Positions 7,829 through 18,735 of a stretch of DNA of 64,000 bases are shown here, one piece after another; position 1 is the first letter of the stretch; the number at the start of each line of letters is the position of its first letter. Source of the stretch: Candidatus Latescibacterota bacterium (GTDB lineage Bacteria > Krumholzibacteriota > Krumholzibacteriia > WVZY01). Position numbers and translations under genes: made by a program. The notes under the pieces are model-generated. The model had not been told where the DNA came from. It was given only the letters and a program-made list of their open reading frames with translations, and did no database searches. The DNA lies in contig CAWBQK010000017.1 in NCBI GenBank assembly GCA_963791045.1, positions 160,001-224,000 of the forward strand. Direction: 5' to 3'.

Positions 7829-10800
7829 TCAAGCTGCTTTCGATCGTGACGGCAGGGCGCGAATATGTCGAATTACGCGCAGGAGGATGATGGACAGAAT
7901 CCAGGCGGCGACAATGGGAATACCGGCGGACTTGATCCAGTGGATGCCGACGAGGCCCTCGATGAATTCAATATCGAGAAGGTTCAAAAGAGACAGGCCT
8001 GACGCGGTAAGAACGACGCCGGTAATGAGGGATAGAAGGCTACGCCACCACGATCGCCACGCGCCGTACGCGCCGGCCCACAACGCGAAGAGAATCCCGA
8101 TCGCAAGCCCGGTGTACTGGGCGATTGCACGATGATTGTCGGCGAGGGTTACTGTTTCTCCCGGATCGACGACACCGTAGACAATGTGTGTCTGGTAGAG
8201 CCCAAAAACGATGGACGCCGCGATGAGAAGACAGACGAACACGCCGGTGGACATTACAACACGGCCCCAGTGCGTGGCTTCCTGCCAGGCGTCGCGCCAG
8301 CGCCATCCAAAAAAGCGCACCGATACAAAGTAGAAAGCGGGGATGGCAAATATGATTAAAATGGTGCTCGAAGCCAGGCCGCCGATCGATGCGAGCGCGA
8401 GGTTTTCCCAAATGTCCTTGTCATCGGTGTCTCTGAAGTGCACGAGCAGCGGGGCAAGCCCGACAATCGTGGTGCCGCTGGTAAGAAGGATCGAGCGGAG
8501 TCGTATTCGAACGGCGCGGGACACGGCGCGGCGAAGAAGGTCAACCCGCTCTTCCCGTGGCAGGTGCCACAGATCGACACCGCCGGGCTCGGTCCGCGTC
8601 TGGGAAAACAGCGCCGACGTTTTCGCTGGGTCGATGCCGAGGCGCGCCCTGATGACCAATGCGGACTCTGTCCGGAAACGGCTTGCGAGCAAAATCGCAT
8701 TGTTGACTACGATGCCAAAGAGAAGAATCAACCCAATTCGGGCGGAAGAATCAAAAGACGAGTTTGTGACCCAGAACGCGATGTAAACGCCAACAAGAGC
8801 CATCGGCACCGAGACCAGCACGAGAAACGGCAGGGAAATGCTTTCAAAAAGAGCGGCGAGAACCATAAAGATAAACAGCACGGCGAGCGCCAGCGCCAGC
8901 GTGAGTTCTTCCTCTTCTTCCTGCGAAAAGAATTCGCGAGTGGTCTCCTCCGCATCGTAGCCGTAGGGAAGGTCGAATGAGTCGAGGACTTTTTTGATAA
9001 AGCTCAGTCGCATCCGGTCGGTGCCTACATACTGCCAATTGAGGTACGTGGTGTACCGCTGGTTTTCTCTAATTATTGAACCGGAAAGCGGAAGAACCTC
9101 GGCTTTAACAAGGTCGGCAAGCCGCACGGTCTCTCCACTTGGAGTTGTTATGAATGTCTCTCGCGCATCGGCGAACTCCACGGCTTCGGAGTCCTCGAAG
9201 GCCAGTTGGACCTGTTTGTGTTCGTTGTCTATGAGCATCGTCCGCGGTGTGTCGACACCGAGCAGGCGTTGGAGGTGGACGACGATTTCCAGGACGCTGA
9301 GTCCGTAAACGGCTAATTGGTCCCGGTCCACGGTTACGACGACTTCGTCCTGGAACGCGCGTTCGAACTGGGAGCCGGTCGTGATCCGGGCGTTACGCAC
9401 CCGGCGGTTCTTCTGAATGTCGGTGAGAGTCTTTTCCGCGATCTCCCGGAGCCGTTTTGAATTGTATCCTGTTATCTTGATCATCGAATTAAGGGCGGAG
9501 CCCCCGAAGTTGCCGCGAACATAGGGAGTGTCGGAATAACCGAAGATTACGATGGCCGTGCCGCCAAGCTTGTCCGCCTCGTCGACAAGAAGCTGTCTGA
9601 AAAACATCGGAATCTCCGACTGGCGAGTGTCTTTGTCAAACTCGATCCTCATCATCGCCTGGTTGCCGAAGACTTGTGAGCGCACCTGCGCGCCCTCGGG
9701 GATTGGTTGGAGCTTTTCCTCGAAGAGGCGAAGGGTTTCGGAAGTAAGCTCGATATCCGTTCCCGAAGGCATCTCGAGGATCAATACAAGCTGTTCTACA
9801 TCGGGCAGCCGCCAGAACCCCGCCTTTATGACCTTGGTGTCATAAACGTACCAACCGAAAACAAAGACAAGCAGAGTGGCTGGAACCACGAGCCACCAGA
9901 GTTTCTGGTTCCAGGCAAATATACGTTCAAAAAGAGGCGGGCGGGCATCGAGATCGGGAAGATCCTCGGTAAACCTGGCGAGCTCCCTTGGGTCGTCGAC
10001 GTTGTTCGGGCCATCCTCCGAGCGCCTCACGTTGGGCGTGGCCCAACTGCTGTGGAGGATCATCGGAACCCATCCGAACGCGACGAAGAGCGATGCGATA
10101 AGCGCCGTGGCGACGGAGACTCCGAGAGGAACGTAGTAAAGCGCAAGGCGGCCTGACAGAAATATAAAAGACACGAATGCCACAACTGTTGTCGCCGTGG
10201 TTGTGAGGATGGGGAAGAATACATCGCGCGTGCCGCCGATAATCATTTCGAGTGCGATCTTCATTTTTGACGAATGCGACAAACCGGCTTCCTGTGCCTT
10301 GTCCAGGGACCCCATGCGGCGGTGAATCGAATCGAGAACGAGGATACTGTTGTCAAGAATGAGCCCGAAGCAAACAGTCAGACCGCTGATGGTGATAAAG
10401 TTGACTGATATTTTGAGAAAGTAGAAAAAGCTCAGTGAGATAACGATGGCAAAAACGATCGATCCAATGACGATTGCGGTGAGCTTGATCTGTCGGAGCG
10501 AAATCGCCAACAGCAGAAAAAGAAGAGCGAGAATGACGAGCGATCTGTATACGAGTTCCTTGAGCTTTGATTCGAGTTCTTCGCCCTGATCCTCGTCAAC
10601 ATTGAATGTGACCTCGAAAGGTACCTGGTTTTCTATTGCGGGCAGGGCCTTGCGGAGCGTTCGACTCGCGGCGACAGAGTTTGCACCGCTCCTCTTTTCG
10701 ACGAAGATTTGGACGACGTTCTTGCCGTTTGAACGGACAAGGTACACGGGGTCTTCGTGATCCCTTTTGATTTCGGCGAGCATTCCAAGTGTGAAGGCTC

Positions 10801-11548
10801 TTTCGCCTCGTTGAGCGACGATGGCGTGTCGAAGGTCATGAAAGCTGACCATATCCCGGAGTGCCACGAACTTCTCGGTTCCGGCCTGGAATACCGTCCC
10901 CGCCCCATCCAATTCGTCGAGACGGTCTATATTAGTGAATATCTCGTCCGGCGTGATGCCGTAGAGGTCGAGTTTGCGGCGGTCGAGATAAATCTTGATA
11001 AGCGGCTGGGCGCCGCCAAGTATTCGCGCGTCGGCGACACCTTCGAGCGCCACCAGCTGAGGGAGCACCCAGTCTTCGGCGAGTTCGCGCAATTCGTTGG
11101 GTTCGAGGGGCGACTCGAGACTGAAGGTAAAGAATTGTTCGGTTCTGAATTCCTCGGGGACGTAGGGGAGGATCATCGGTTGTCCGGCGTTGAGCGGCAA
11201 ATTACGTCTGACAGAACCCAACTGTTCGTTGAGGTCGATTCGGGCGAATTCGATATCAATCTCGCGGCGAAAAGATACTTCGACTTGTGAGCGAGCGGCC
11301 CGGCTGGTCGACCTGATGTTCTCGACGCCATGGACTTTGCGAGCCGCCTCTTCAATGGGAATGGTAATCGAGCGTTGGATAGCTTGAGGTGAGGCGCCGT
11401 TCCAATATGTTTGTATAGTTAGAGTTGGGAGATCTATCTCAGGTATAGCTTCAATTTGGAGGCGGGGTACGGCGTACAGACCGAGCAGTATGAACGCCGC
11501 AAAAATCATCCAGGTCGTGACCGGGTGCCTCACGAAGAAATTGGTCAT
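7829..11548 (-). CDS. RND efflux transporter permease subunit (AcrB/AcrD/AcrF family) with extra C-terminal TM region
   Basis: RHPV N-terminus, P.IDLP, GASP..I...IT.PIEE, TM4 LILDNSILVLD, GIVVNNAILL, RLRSILLTS.TTI.GL.PL. Confidence 0.9.
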   Translation of the reverse strand: MTNFFVRHPVTTWMIFAAFILLGLYAVPRLQIEAIPEIDLPTLTIQTYWNGASPQAIQRSITIPIEEAARKVHGVENIRSTSRAARSQVEVSFRREIDIEFARIDLNEQLGSVRRNLPLNAGQPMILPYVPEEFRTEQFFTFSLESPLEPNELRELAEDWVLPQLVALEGVADARILGGAQPLIKIYLDRRKLDLYGITPDEIFTNIDRLDELDGAGTVFQAGTEKFVALRDMVSFHDLRHAIVAQRGERAFTLGMLAEIKRDHEDPVYLVRSNGKNVVQIFVEKRSGANSVAASRTLRKALPAIENQVPFEVTFNVDEDQGEELESKLKELVYRSLVILALLFLLLAISLRQIKLTAIVIGSIVFAIVISLSFFYFLKISVNFITISGLTVCFGLILDNSILVLDSIHRRMGSLDKAQEAGLSHSSKMKIALEMIIGGTRDVFFPILTTTATTVVAFVSFIFLSGRLALYYVPLGVSVATALIASLFVAFGWVPMILHSSWATPNVRRSEDGPNNVDDPRELARFTEDLPDLDARPPLFERIFAWNQKLWWLVVPATLLVFVFGWYVYDTKVIKAGFWRLPDVEQLVLILEMPSGTDIELTSETLRLFEEKLQPIPEGAQVRSQVFGNQAMMRIEFDKDTRQSEIPMFFRQLLVDEADKLGGTAIVIFGYSDTPYVRGNFGGSALNSMIKITGYNSKRLREIAEKTLTDIQKNRRVRNARITTGSQFERAFQDEVVVTVDRDQLAVYGLSVLEIVVHLQRLLGVDTPRTMLIDNEHKQVQLAFEDSEAVEFADARETFITTPSGETVRLADLVKAEVLPLSGSIIRENQRYTTYLNWQYVGTDRMRLSFIKKVLDSFDLPYGYDAEETTREFFSQEEEEELTLALALAVLFIFMVLAALFESISLPFLVLVSVPMALVGVYIAFWVTNSSFDSSARIGLILLFGIVVNNAILLASRFRTESALVIRARLGIDPAKTSALFSQTRTEPGGVDLWHLPREERVDLLRRAVSRAVRIRLRSILLTSGTTIVGLAPLLVHFRDTDDKDIWENLALASIGGLASSTILIIFAIPAFYFVSVRFFGWRWRDAWQEATHWGRVVMSTGVFVCLLIAASIVFGLYQTHIVYGVVDPGETVTLADNHRAIAQYTGLAIGILFALWAGAYGAWRSWWRSLLSLITGVVLTASGLSLLNLLDIEFIEGLVGIHWIKSAGIPIVAAWILSIILLRVIRHIRALPSRSKAA

Positions 11549-14500
11549 TCGCCGGTCTCCTTGATGCGATGGGCCATCTTGTAGAGGATCGGCGTGTAGA
11601 TAAGCGTGAGGAACGTCGTCAGGAAAAGACCGCCAATGATGGTCAGAGCGAGCGGCCGCTGGAGTTGTTCACCGCTACCTATTCCGACGGCAAGCGGGAT
11701 CATGGCAAGAATCGTCGACGCACTGGTCATTAAAATTGGCCGGAGACGGAGTCGGCTGGCCTCGAGGATTGCCTTGTAGCCGTCCATACCGTTCTCACGC
11801 AGGCGGCGTATGGTGTCCACCTTGATGATGGCATCGTTGACCGCAATTCCAATTAAGGCAACCATGCCGATGAGGGAGAGAACATTCAACGAACCGCCGC
11901 TGAGAGCAATGGCAATAACGGACCCCGCGAGACCGATTGGTAGCACGGAGGCAATCAGGAGTGGGTCGACAAACGACTCGAACTGGGCGGCAAGAATCAT
12001 GTATACGAGGAGCGTCGCAAGCAGCATTGCCCAGCCGAGATCGCGTGAAGCTCTTGACCATCTCGGCTCGCTGACCGCTCTTAACAATCATCACGCCGGT
12101 TGGCAGGTCCATTGTCGATGCGACCGCCATCGCCTGCTCCCACGCTTCATCGACCGATCCCTTGCGCAGGTCGGCGGACACAGTGACCATTCGACGCTGA
12201 TTTCTCCGGGTCAGTTCGCGCACGGGCCGTTCTTCGTGCAGGTCGAGAAAGGTGCGAAGGGGGACCGTATTTCCGTCGCCGACCGCAACGGGTGAATTCA
12301 ACGCCTCCGAGAGATCGCGGCGCTTGTCACGGGGAAGCCTCACCGAGATATCGATCCTCTGGTCGACCTCGTTGAATGTGGTCGCCTCCACGCCGCGGAT
12401 GCGGTTGCGAAGCTCGCGCGCAATGGCCTCGGGATTCAGGCCGCTACGGAGGATTTCTTCGGCGTCGAGTTGGACGACGAGGTTTGGCGTGCCGATAACC
12501 CGGTCTACCTTGAGATCTCGAAGTGATTCGGCGTCAGTGAGACGATGCATCAAATCTTCGGCAACTTCCACGGCGACCAGGGGATCCTCGGCCATCACAC
12601 CGAGTGTGAAAGGCGCCTCGTCCGTGGCGAGAATTTCACCGAGTCCGATTCCTTCCTCGTGGAAAGCGTATTGGAGCCCCGGCATATTGCCGAGCCGCCT
12701 GGCCGCTTCCTCCTGGATTCTGCGTCCTTTCTCGCGTCCGCCTCGTCCGGGCTTCAGAATTATTCTGATACTCGCCGTGTGCGGCGCCGTGAACTCGCTC
12801 AAAGATTCGAGTGTTTTCTCGGTGCGGCCAACCTGGCTGAACACGTTTCTAACATCCTCATCGGCGCTTATCCAGTCAGCGAACTTCGAAGTCCAGATGG
12901 CCGTTTCCTCGAGTGGCGTGCCGCTCGGAAGTTCGACGTCGATCCTCAGGTCACCGGCGCTTCTTTCGGGCATAAAACTCGTTCGAAGTCCGGTTGCGAG
13001 AAGAGCTGTTAGGGCGAGTCCGGCGACGAGAATTGTGAGCATAAACCTGGGGCGTCGAAGCGAGCGGACGAGCACGGTGTGGTAGACATTATAAAACGCG
13101 TCGAATGCGTCGCTGAAGAGCCGAAAGAGTCCGCGGGGAGGCCCTTGTTTTCTTGAGAGTACCCTCGCTGAAAGCATCGGCTGAAGCAGCAACGCCGTCG
13201 CTACCGATACGAGAAGCGCAAAGACGACGGCCAGGGCCTGGTCGCGGAAAAACGCGCCCGCTATTCCCGGGACATAGACGACGGGGAAGAAGACCGCCAC
13301 GGTTGTGAATGTGGCTGCAAGGACGGCGCGGGCCACCTCTCCGGTCCCGTCCACCGCGGCGCGGGCGACGAAACGCTGCCGGGCAAGATCCTTATGCGCG
13401 CCATCCGCATCACCGGTCCCCGGTTCTATGGGGCGGTCTTCAGCGAGATGCCGGTTGATATTTTCGAGCACAACGATCGCATTATCGACGAGCATACCGG
13501 CGGCAAGAGATAGCCCACCGAGGCTCATTAAGTTGAGTTTGACCTTGCCGAAATAGAGGAGGGCAAAAGTAATGAAAATCGATACCGGGATTGAGACGCC
13601 AACGACGATGGGGCTCCGGAAATCACGAAGGAAGAAAAACAAAACGAGAAAAGCGAGACATGCCCCGATGATGAGCGATTGCACGAGCCCTTGAAACGAT
13701 GCGCGGACGTACTCCGCGTCCCTGTATACGAACTCGTATTCGAAGTCTCCGTAGTCCTCGACGAGAACGCCGAGCGCGACATCGATTTCCTCCGACACCT
13801 GGATCGTATTGGCGTCGGGTTCCTTATAGAGAAGAAACGACACCACCTGGTCACCGCCGAGGTAGGTCATTCCTTCCGACTCTTTGACGGTGTCGGTGAC
13901 AACCGCGATGTCGCTGATGCGGACAACGGACGTCCCCGATCTCAAGATGTCCGTTGCGGCGATGTCTTCGAGCGTTTCATACTCTCCGACGATACGTAGA
14001 CTCAGGTGCAGCGGTCCTTGCCTGATTTTCCCCCCGGGGAAGGATATGTTGCTCCGCGAGAGAGCGCCGCGGATGTCTTCGATCGTAATGCCATACATCG
14101 CCATTTTCTTGACATCGGGTTCGACGCGGATTTCGCGTTCTACGCCGCCGACTACCTCGGCCTGGCTTATCCCCTCGACTTGTTGGAGCGCGGGTTTGAC
14201 GACCTCGGTCGCGAATTCCGTCACCGATTCTATACGTCCGGTTCCCTTGAGGGCGAGAATGCTAATGGGTCGCGAGAGGGGGTCCCAACGAAGAATAACC
14301 GGTCGTTCCGCCTCTTCCGGAAAATCGTCGCGAAACGCTACGCGGTCCACGGCCTCTCGGAGGTGTAGATTGGCGAAGTCCATCTGCGTGCCCCACTCAT
14401 ACTCGACGGTGATTATCGAGATACCTTCGCGGGTTCTGGAGATGACACGGCGGACACCGGAGAGCGCGGTGACGACTTCTTCGATTCTCTGCGTGACGAG

Positions 14501-14680
14501 GCGTTCGAGGTCCTCCGCCGGAATATCCTCGTACGTCGTGATTACGGTAAGTCGCGGGTATGTAATCGACGGAAGCAGGTCAACGGGCAGTCGGGCGAAA
14601 CTAAGTAAACCGATCAGCACTAGCGCGAGAAATAGCATGCTGATTGCTATGGGTCGCTGGATGACAAAACGCAGCATCAC
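11545..14680 (-). CDS. RND efflux transporter permease subunit, frameshifted at ~12046 (likely sequence error; ~1044 aa when corrected)
   Basis: LPVDLLP.I.YP and GMLVDNAIVVLENI in the 961-aa ORF. The C-terminal TMs (LAAQFESF..P, GIAVNDAI, RLRPILMT) lie in the 11545-12087 frame. The corrected stop overlaps the next ATG (ATGA). Confidence 0.85.
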
Positions 14681-14686
14681 GCGTCC

Positions 14687-16033
14687 TTATTTTGTGCCCC
14701 CCCAGGGATCCGTTATGGGGACTGTCTTTTTGATTTTAATTTTTGCCTCGTGGGAGAGGGTGAGGTGGTTGGATACGACGACCTTATCGCCAGCCTCCAG
14801 GGTTCCCCCCTGAAGAACTTTTTCGATTTCGACAGTGTAATCGTTCTGTTTTCCAACCTTCAGATACAGCCACTTGGCTCGATCGCCTTCAATCTTGAAA
14901 AGAAGGGGTCTGCCGTCGCGGGTTAGAATTGCCTCTCTTGGCACGAGCAGCCGGTCGGGATAGGTTTCTCCCGCGACGATTGCCCTTACAAACATACCGG
15001 GTCGGAGGCGGCCCTCGGGACTCTTTACGCGCAAAAGAACCATGCAGGTTCGACTCGCCCTATCGAACTGGGGACTGATAACGTCCACCGTGGCTCGAAT
15101 AGTATCGCCGAGAGCCGGCACGGCGAGGAGGGCGGGGCGCCCAACATCAAGATGTCCGATGTCGGACTCGAGGACACCCACCTCCGCTTCGAGGTCGATA
15201 TTGTTGACCAGCGTGCAAATTGTCTCTCCGATGACCAATCGTTCACCGTTTGTAAGTTCCAGGCCGGTGATGACGCCGTTGAAAGGCGCGCGAATCTCCG
15301 TCCGCTCGAGGTTGAGATATGCGCGTTCGAGGGCCGCCCGCGCGGACGTAACACCGCTCCGCACAGCGACCATATCGACGCGAAAATCCCCGTCCCTCAA
15401 AGCCTGAACGTCGAGCGCAATCTCCTGGGCGAGGCGTTCCTCTCTACTGATCGAGCCCTTACGTTCGAGAACCTCGAGCTGCTTGATCTTTTCCTTGAGC
15501 TCAGAAGAGCGTTCGGTGACATCCACGCTGTCTTCTTCGACGGCAAGAACACTCAGCGCCTGGAGATAATTGGATCTTGCTTCGTCCGCGGCCACTTCAT
15601 ATTCACGGGAATCCAGCTTCAGAATAATCTGACCTTTTCGAAGGAACTGACCCTCAGTGGTGTGGACTTTGTCTATGCGCCCGCTGATCTCTGTCTTGAT
15701 CTCGGCATCCTGACGGGACCGAATCGTCCCTTCTGCGATAACGGGAATGACAAGATCTCCTTTGACGGTCGCCGCCACGTTGACCGATGTGGTGCGCTCA
15801 CGCTGTTTCTTCTCGGGCTGTGAGTCGGTTGTGTCGGCCGCCGCTTCGCCGTTACCGTTCTCGCCACCGCCTTCGGCGGCGACGGCGAGCGAATCAGCCT
15901 CACCGCCGCTCGTGTCTCCAGAGCCGCAGCCGGTCGTCACAACCAGCAAAGCGAGACAAAAAATAAGGACGACGCAAAGACACGAAGTCCGAATCTGAAC
16001 AGGAATACTGGGAAGTTCGTAGCTAGTTTTCAT
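14687..16033 (-). CDS. RND efflux periplasmic adaptor (membrane fusion protein), lipoprotein-like
   Basis: EISGRI..V...EGQ...KGQ....LD, IRAPFNGVI, LRPGMF, VPREAI motifs. Confidence 0.9.
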   Translation of the reverse strand: MKTSYELPSIPVQIRTSCLCVVLIFCLALLVVTTGCGSGDTSGGEADSLAVAAEGGGENGNGEAAADTTDSQPEKKQRERTTSVNVAATVKGDLVIPVIAEGTIRSRQDAEIKTEISGRIDKVHTTEGQFLRKGQIILKLDSREYEVAADEARSNYLQALSVLAVEEDSVDVTERSSELKEKIKQLEVLERKGSISREERLAQEIALDVQALRDGDFRVDMVAVRSGVTSARAALERAYLNLERTEIRAPFNGVITGLELTNGERLVIGETICTLVNNIDLEAEVGVLESDIGHLDVGRPALLAVPALGDTIRATVDVISPQFDRASRTCMVLLRVKSPEGRLRPGMFVRAIVAGETYPDRLLVPREAILTRDGRPLLFKIEGDRAKWLYLKVGKQNDYTVEIEKVLQGGTLEAGDKVVVSNHLTLSHEAKIKIKKTVPITDPWGGTK

Positions 16034-16039
16034 GAGTTT

Positions 16040-16072
16040 AAAAAAGTCCGGCCGGCTAAGCGCCGGCCGGAA
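16040..16072 (-). terminator. Intrinsic terminator after the beta-propeller gene, immediately before the MFP start
   Basis: Minus strand TCCGGCCGGC-gctta-GCCGGCCGGA-CTTTTTT. Confidence 0.7.
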
Positions 16073-16086
16073 TCTTGGTAAAAGAT

Positions 16087-17376
16087 CTATTTGGTGGATG
16101 TCTTCAGCTCACTGCCAAGCTTGAAGCAAATGACGCTCATGGGTTCGGGCTCGTCGTCGCCAATCTGCAACGATTGCCCCCCGGACTGAAGCGATATGGC
16201 CGCTTGCAGCAAATCGGTCACGACATAAAAGCGGTCTCCGACAAAGTAGTAACCGTCGGTCAACGGCGAGCCTTCGACTTTCAAAGTGACCTGGCGGGCG
16301 AAGCGGCCCTCCGGATCGAAAACGTCGAAGGTGCCTGCGATGTCGTCGGGGAGGTTGCGCGTGCCGTTGCTCGTGAGGACCCAGAGACTTCCGTCCTCGC
16401 GGACAAATATCGTCTCGACGTCCTTGTTGAAATCAGAAATCTTGACCGTCGCATTGGGGATCTGGTTGGCGAACAACCCCATCAGGTCTTCGACGATTTT
16501 TTTCTCTTCGGGCGTGCGCTTCAGATGCGTGTACTCCCGTTCGATAGTCCGGTCGCGCGTGCCGTCGGCGTTCCACACCTCGATACGATAGTCCGAGTAG
16601 TTCGTGCACGCATACACGCGGCCGTCGCCGCCAATGGTCCAGCGGCGGTCGAATGTGTCCCAGACCTGGTCGTCGAGGACCGGATTCGCAAAGTCAATCG
16701 TCCGAACTTCGGAGTGGTACGTCGCCGCTTCGGTACCGTCGGGGTTGAGGCTTGCGAGATAGCGGGTCTGGTCAAAACGTCCCTCGGCAAAGCCATTCGC
16801 AGCAGCTGCGAGGACGAGGTTGCCGCCACGAGAATTTCCGCCGATGAGAATCATCATGCCGCCGTCTTCCCGGGTGGGAAGCGGGTGTTCGCCGGCCGGC
16901 TCACCGTCGGGTGTGAGGAGCACGACCTTGCCGGGCGCCAGTTGGAGCACACCGAGATTTCCATCGCGAGTGAAGAACATGCTTGTCGGCGCACGAAACT
17001 CGCCCGGGCCTTCGCCCTCGCGACCGATGGCTCGAAGGTACTCGCCGTCCGGGGAGAACACTTTGATCTGGTTGAGTTGCGAGTCGAGGAGATACACATT
17101 TCCGGCGTCATCGGTGAGGACTTGTGAAATCACTCCGAAGAACTCATCCTCATCATCCGTGTCTCCGCCAATCCGCCAGAGCTCTTCCGGAGTTGATTCG
17201 ATCACCGGTTCCATCGGATCGGATGGATTCAATAGAACCCGAACGCCGTCGCGGACTTCGTCCGTGCCTTTCCAGTCTGCCGCGGAAGCGGGGAGTACAG
17301 AGGCGAGCATCAACAGCCCGGTGATGATCACCAGGATGGTCGTTATATGGTATGGGTGAATTGTAGAACGGGACAC
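16087..17376 (-). CDS. Secreted 6-bladed beta-propeller (NHL-like) protein
   Basis: ELWRIGG...FG.I......GNVYLLD.....IKVFSPDGEYLR.IGREGEGPGEF..P motif; signal peptide. Confidence 0.85.
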   Translation of the reverse strand: MSRSTIHPYHITTILVIITGLLMLASVLPASAADWKGTDEVRDGVRVLLNPSDPMEPVIESTPEELWRIGGDTDDEDEFFGVISQVLTDDAGNVYLLDSQLNQIKVFSPDGEYLRAIGREGEGPGEFRAPTSMFFTRDGNLGVLQLAPGKVVLLTPDGEPAGEHPLPTREDGGMMILIGGNSRGGNLVLAAAANGFAEGRFDQTRYLASLNPDGTEAATYHSEVRTIDFANPVLDDQVWDTFDRRWTIGGDGRVYACTNYSDYRIEVWNADGTRDRTIEREYTHLKRTPEEKKIVEDLMGLFANQIPNATVKISDFNKDVETIFVREDGSLWVLTSNGTRNLPDDIAGTFDVFDPEGRFARQVTLKVEGSPLTDGYYFVGDRFYVVTDLLQAAISLQSGGQSLQIGDDEPEPMSVICFKLGSELKTSTK

Positions 17377-18011
17377 AATGACTCCTTTCGATCCATTTCT
17401 GCTTGAGATTACACCCAGGTATCTACGGTCAAGTCGATAAAATGTTACGTGCTTGAACGGTCAACAGACCTGGGTTTTGGGCGCCTTCGCAGATATGTAC
17501 ACCTGATCCGGCAAATCATTCGATTCTATAGGTTGCGAATCGACATTCAGTTTTTAGCCGCTTGAACTAAACTGGTTAAGAGTCTGTCGTGAAGGAGGTT
17601 GCATCGGCGTGCGGCACGTGCTTTTACCCTCGATCCACGGCGATTCAGAATAGCGCAATTGGTATCAAAGGGAAAGCGTTGTTTTAAAGGTCCGGCGCCC
17701 TCGGAACTTTCCCAGATGATGATGATTCAACCGGTGCTGGGGACGGTGGCGTCTGGAGGCGCTGGAAAGCCGAATACGGGTTCCATTTCGATTCCGCTCG
17801 GATTGAAACTGTTTGAAGGAGCGTCTGTTATAGGCTCCATGTGTGGCGCCCGCCGGCGAGGTGTGCGGTCTCTTGGCCGCGAAACATGTTGACTACGCGT
17901 CGTCCGGTGGCTACTATTCGATACCGTAAGATGGTGCACGACAACCACTGGGCTTTATTTAGCCGAATTGCTCCGAACCGTTATTTAATTTCAATATAGA
18001 GAGGTCTAACC

Positions 18012-18629
18012 ATGAGAAGTAGATCTTGGATTATCGTAGCTATCCTGGTCGCCCTTTTGGCGATGGGGTGCTCGAACAAGAAAGTGATGAGGGAAAAAGA
18101 CGCCCAAATCGCGCAACTCGAAGGTCAGGTATCCGATCTCGAGCAGGCAAACCAGGAAGACAGGGCCAGAATTGCCGAGTTGAACCAGGAGCTGGCGAGC
18201 GCTCTCTCCGAATTCGAAGCCAAAGAACAGGTTTGGCTCGAAGAGAAGGAATCGTCCACGGCCGTGACGGTGTCCGAAGCGGTTCTTTTTAATTCAGGGA
18301 GTACCAAACTCTCCGATTCCGGCCGGAACGTGATCGATCAGATCGCGGGAGTTGCGCAGAACCACTCCGACCGCAGTATTCGTGTGGAGGGCCACACGGA
18401 TAACAAGGGAATCCTGACGCCGTACCTGACCAAATACCCGTCGAACTGGGAGCTTGCCGCCCATCGTGCGTGCGCCGTGGTGCATTATATGGTGCAGAAG
18501 CATGGGATCGCGCCGGAGCTCCTGTCGGCTGCCGGATATGGCGAGTACCAGCCCATCGCCGACAACGATAGTCCAGAGGGCCGGGCAAAGAACCGCCGTG
18601 TCGTAATAGTGATCGGTCCCCGCCGTTAA
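18012..18629 (+). CDS. OmpA/MotB-family peptidoglycan-binding lipoprotein with coiled coil
   Basis: Lipobox LAMGC; LFNSGS, VEGHTDN, NWELA..RA, GYGEYQP...N....GRAKNRRV. Confidence 0.9.
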   Translation: MRSRSWIIVAILVALLAMGCSNKKVMREKDAQIAQLEGQVSDLEQANQEDRARIAELNQELASALSEFEAKEQVWLEEKESSTAVTVSEAVLFNSGSTKLSDSGRNVIDQIAGVAQNHSDRSIRVEGHTDNKGILTPYLTKYPSNWELAAHRACAVVHYMVQKHGIAPELLSAAGYGEYQPIADNDSPEGRAKNRRVVIVIGPRR

Positions 18630-18665
18630 TCCGGGGCCATCGGGTTACGCTCGTGATGAACAATG

Positions 18666-18701
18666 AAGAGGCCCTCCAGCGAATTTCTGGAGGGCCTCTT
18701 T
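18666..18701 (+). terminator. Hairpin terminator
   Basis: AAGAGGCCCTCCAG...CTGGAGGGCCTCTTT. Confidence 0.6.
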
Positions 18702-18735
18702 GAATAGATCGACCGAGCCCAGGGTAAGGAGATGT

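Noticed and set aside
14687-14715. MFP C-terminus ITDPWGGTK resembling the TWG tail
   Set aside because: It has PWG rather than TWG, and no preceding C/PT or following hydrophobic-K-xx-aromatic pattern.
16075-17127. Long antisense ORFs (e.g. 16075-17127, 44181-45137, 46075-47100, 58774-59997)
   Set aside because: These are shadow frames opposite well-supported genes in GC-rich DNA.
17400-18011. ~600-nt intergenic region with short ORFs (17599-17892, 17727-17948)
   Set aside because: No recognisable protein features, RNA signature or convincing long stems; consistent with divergent promoter space.
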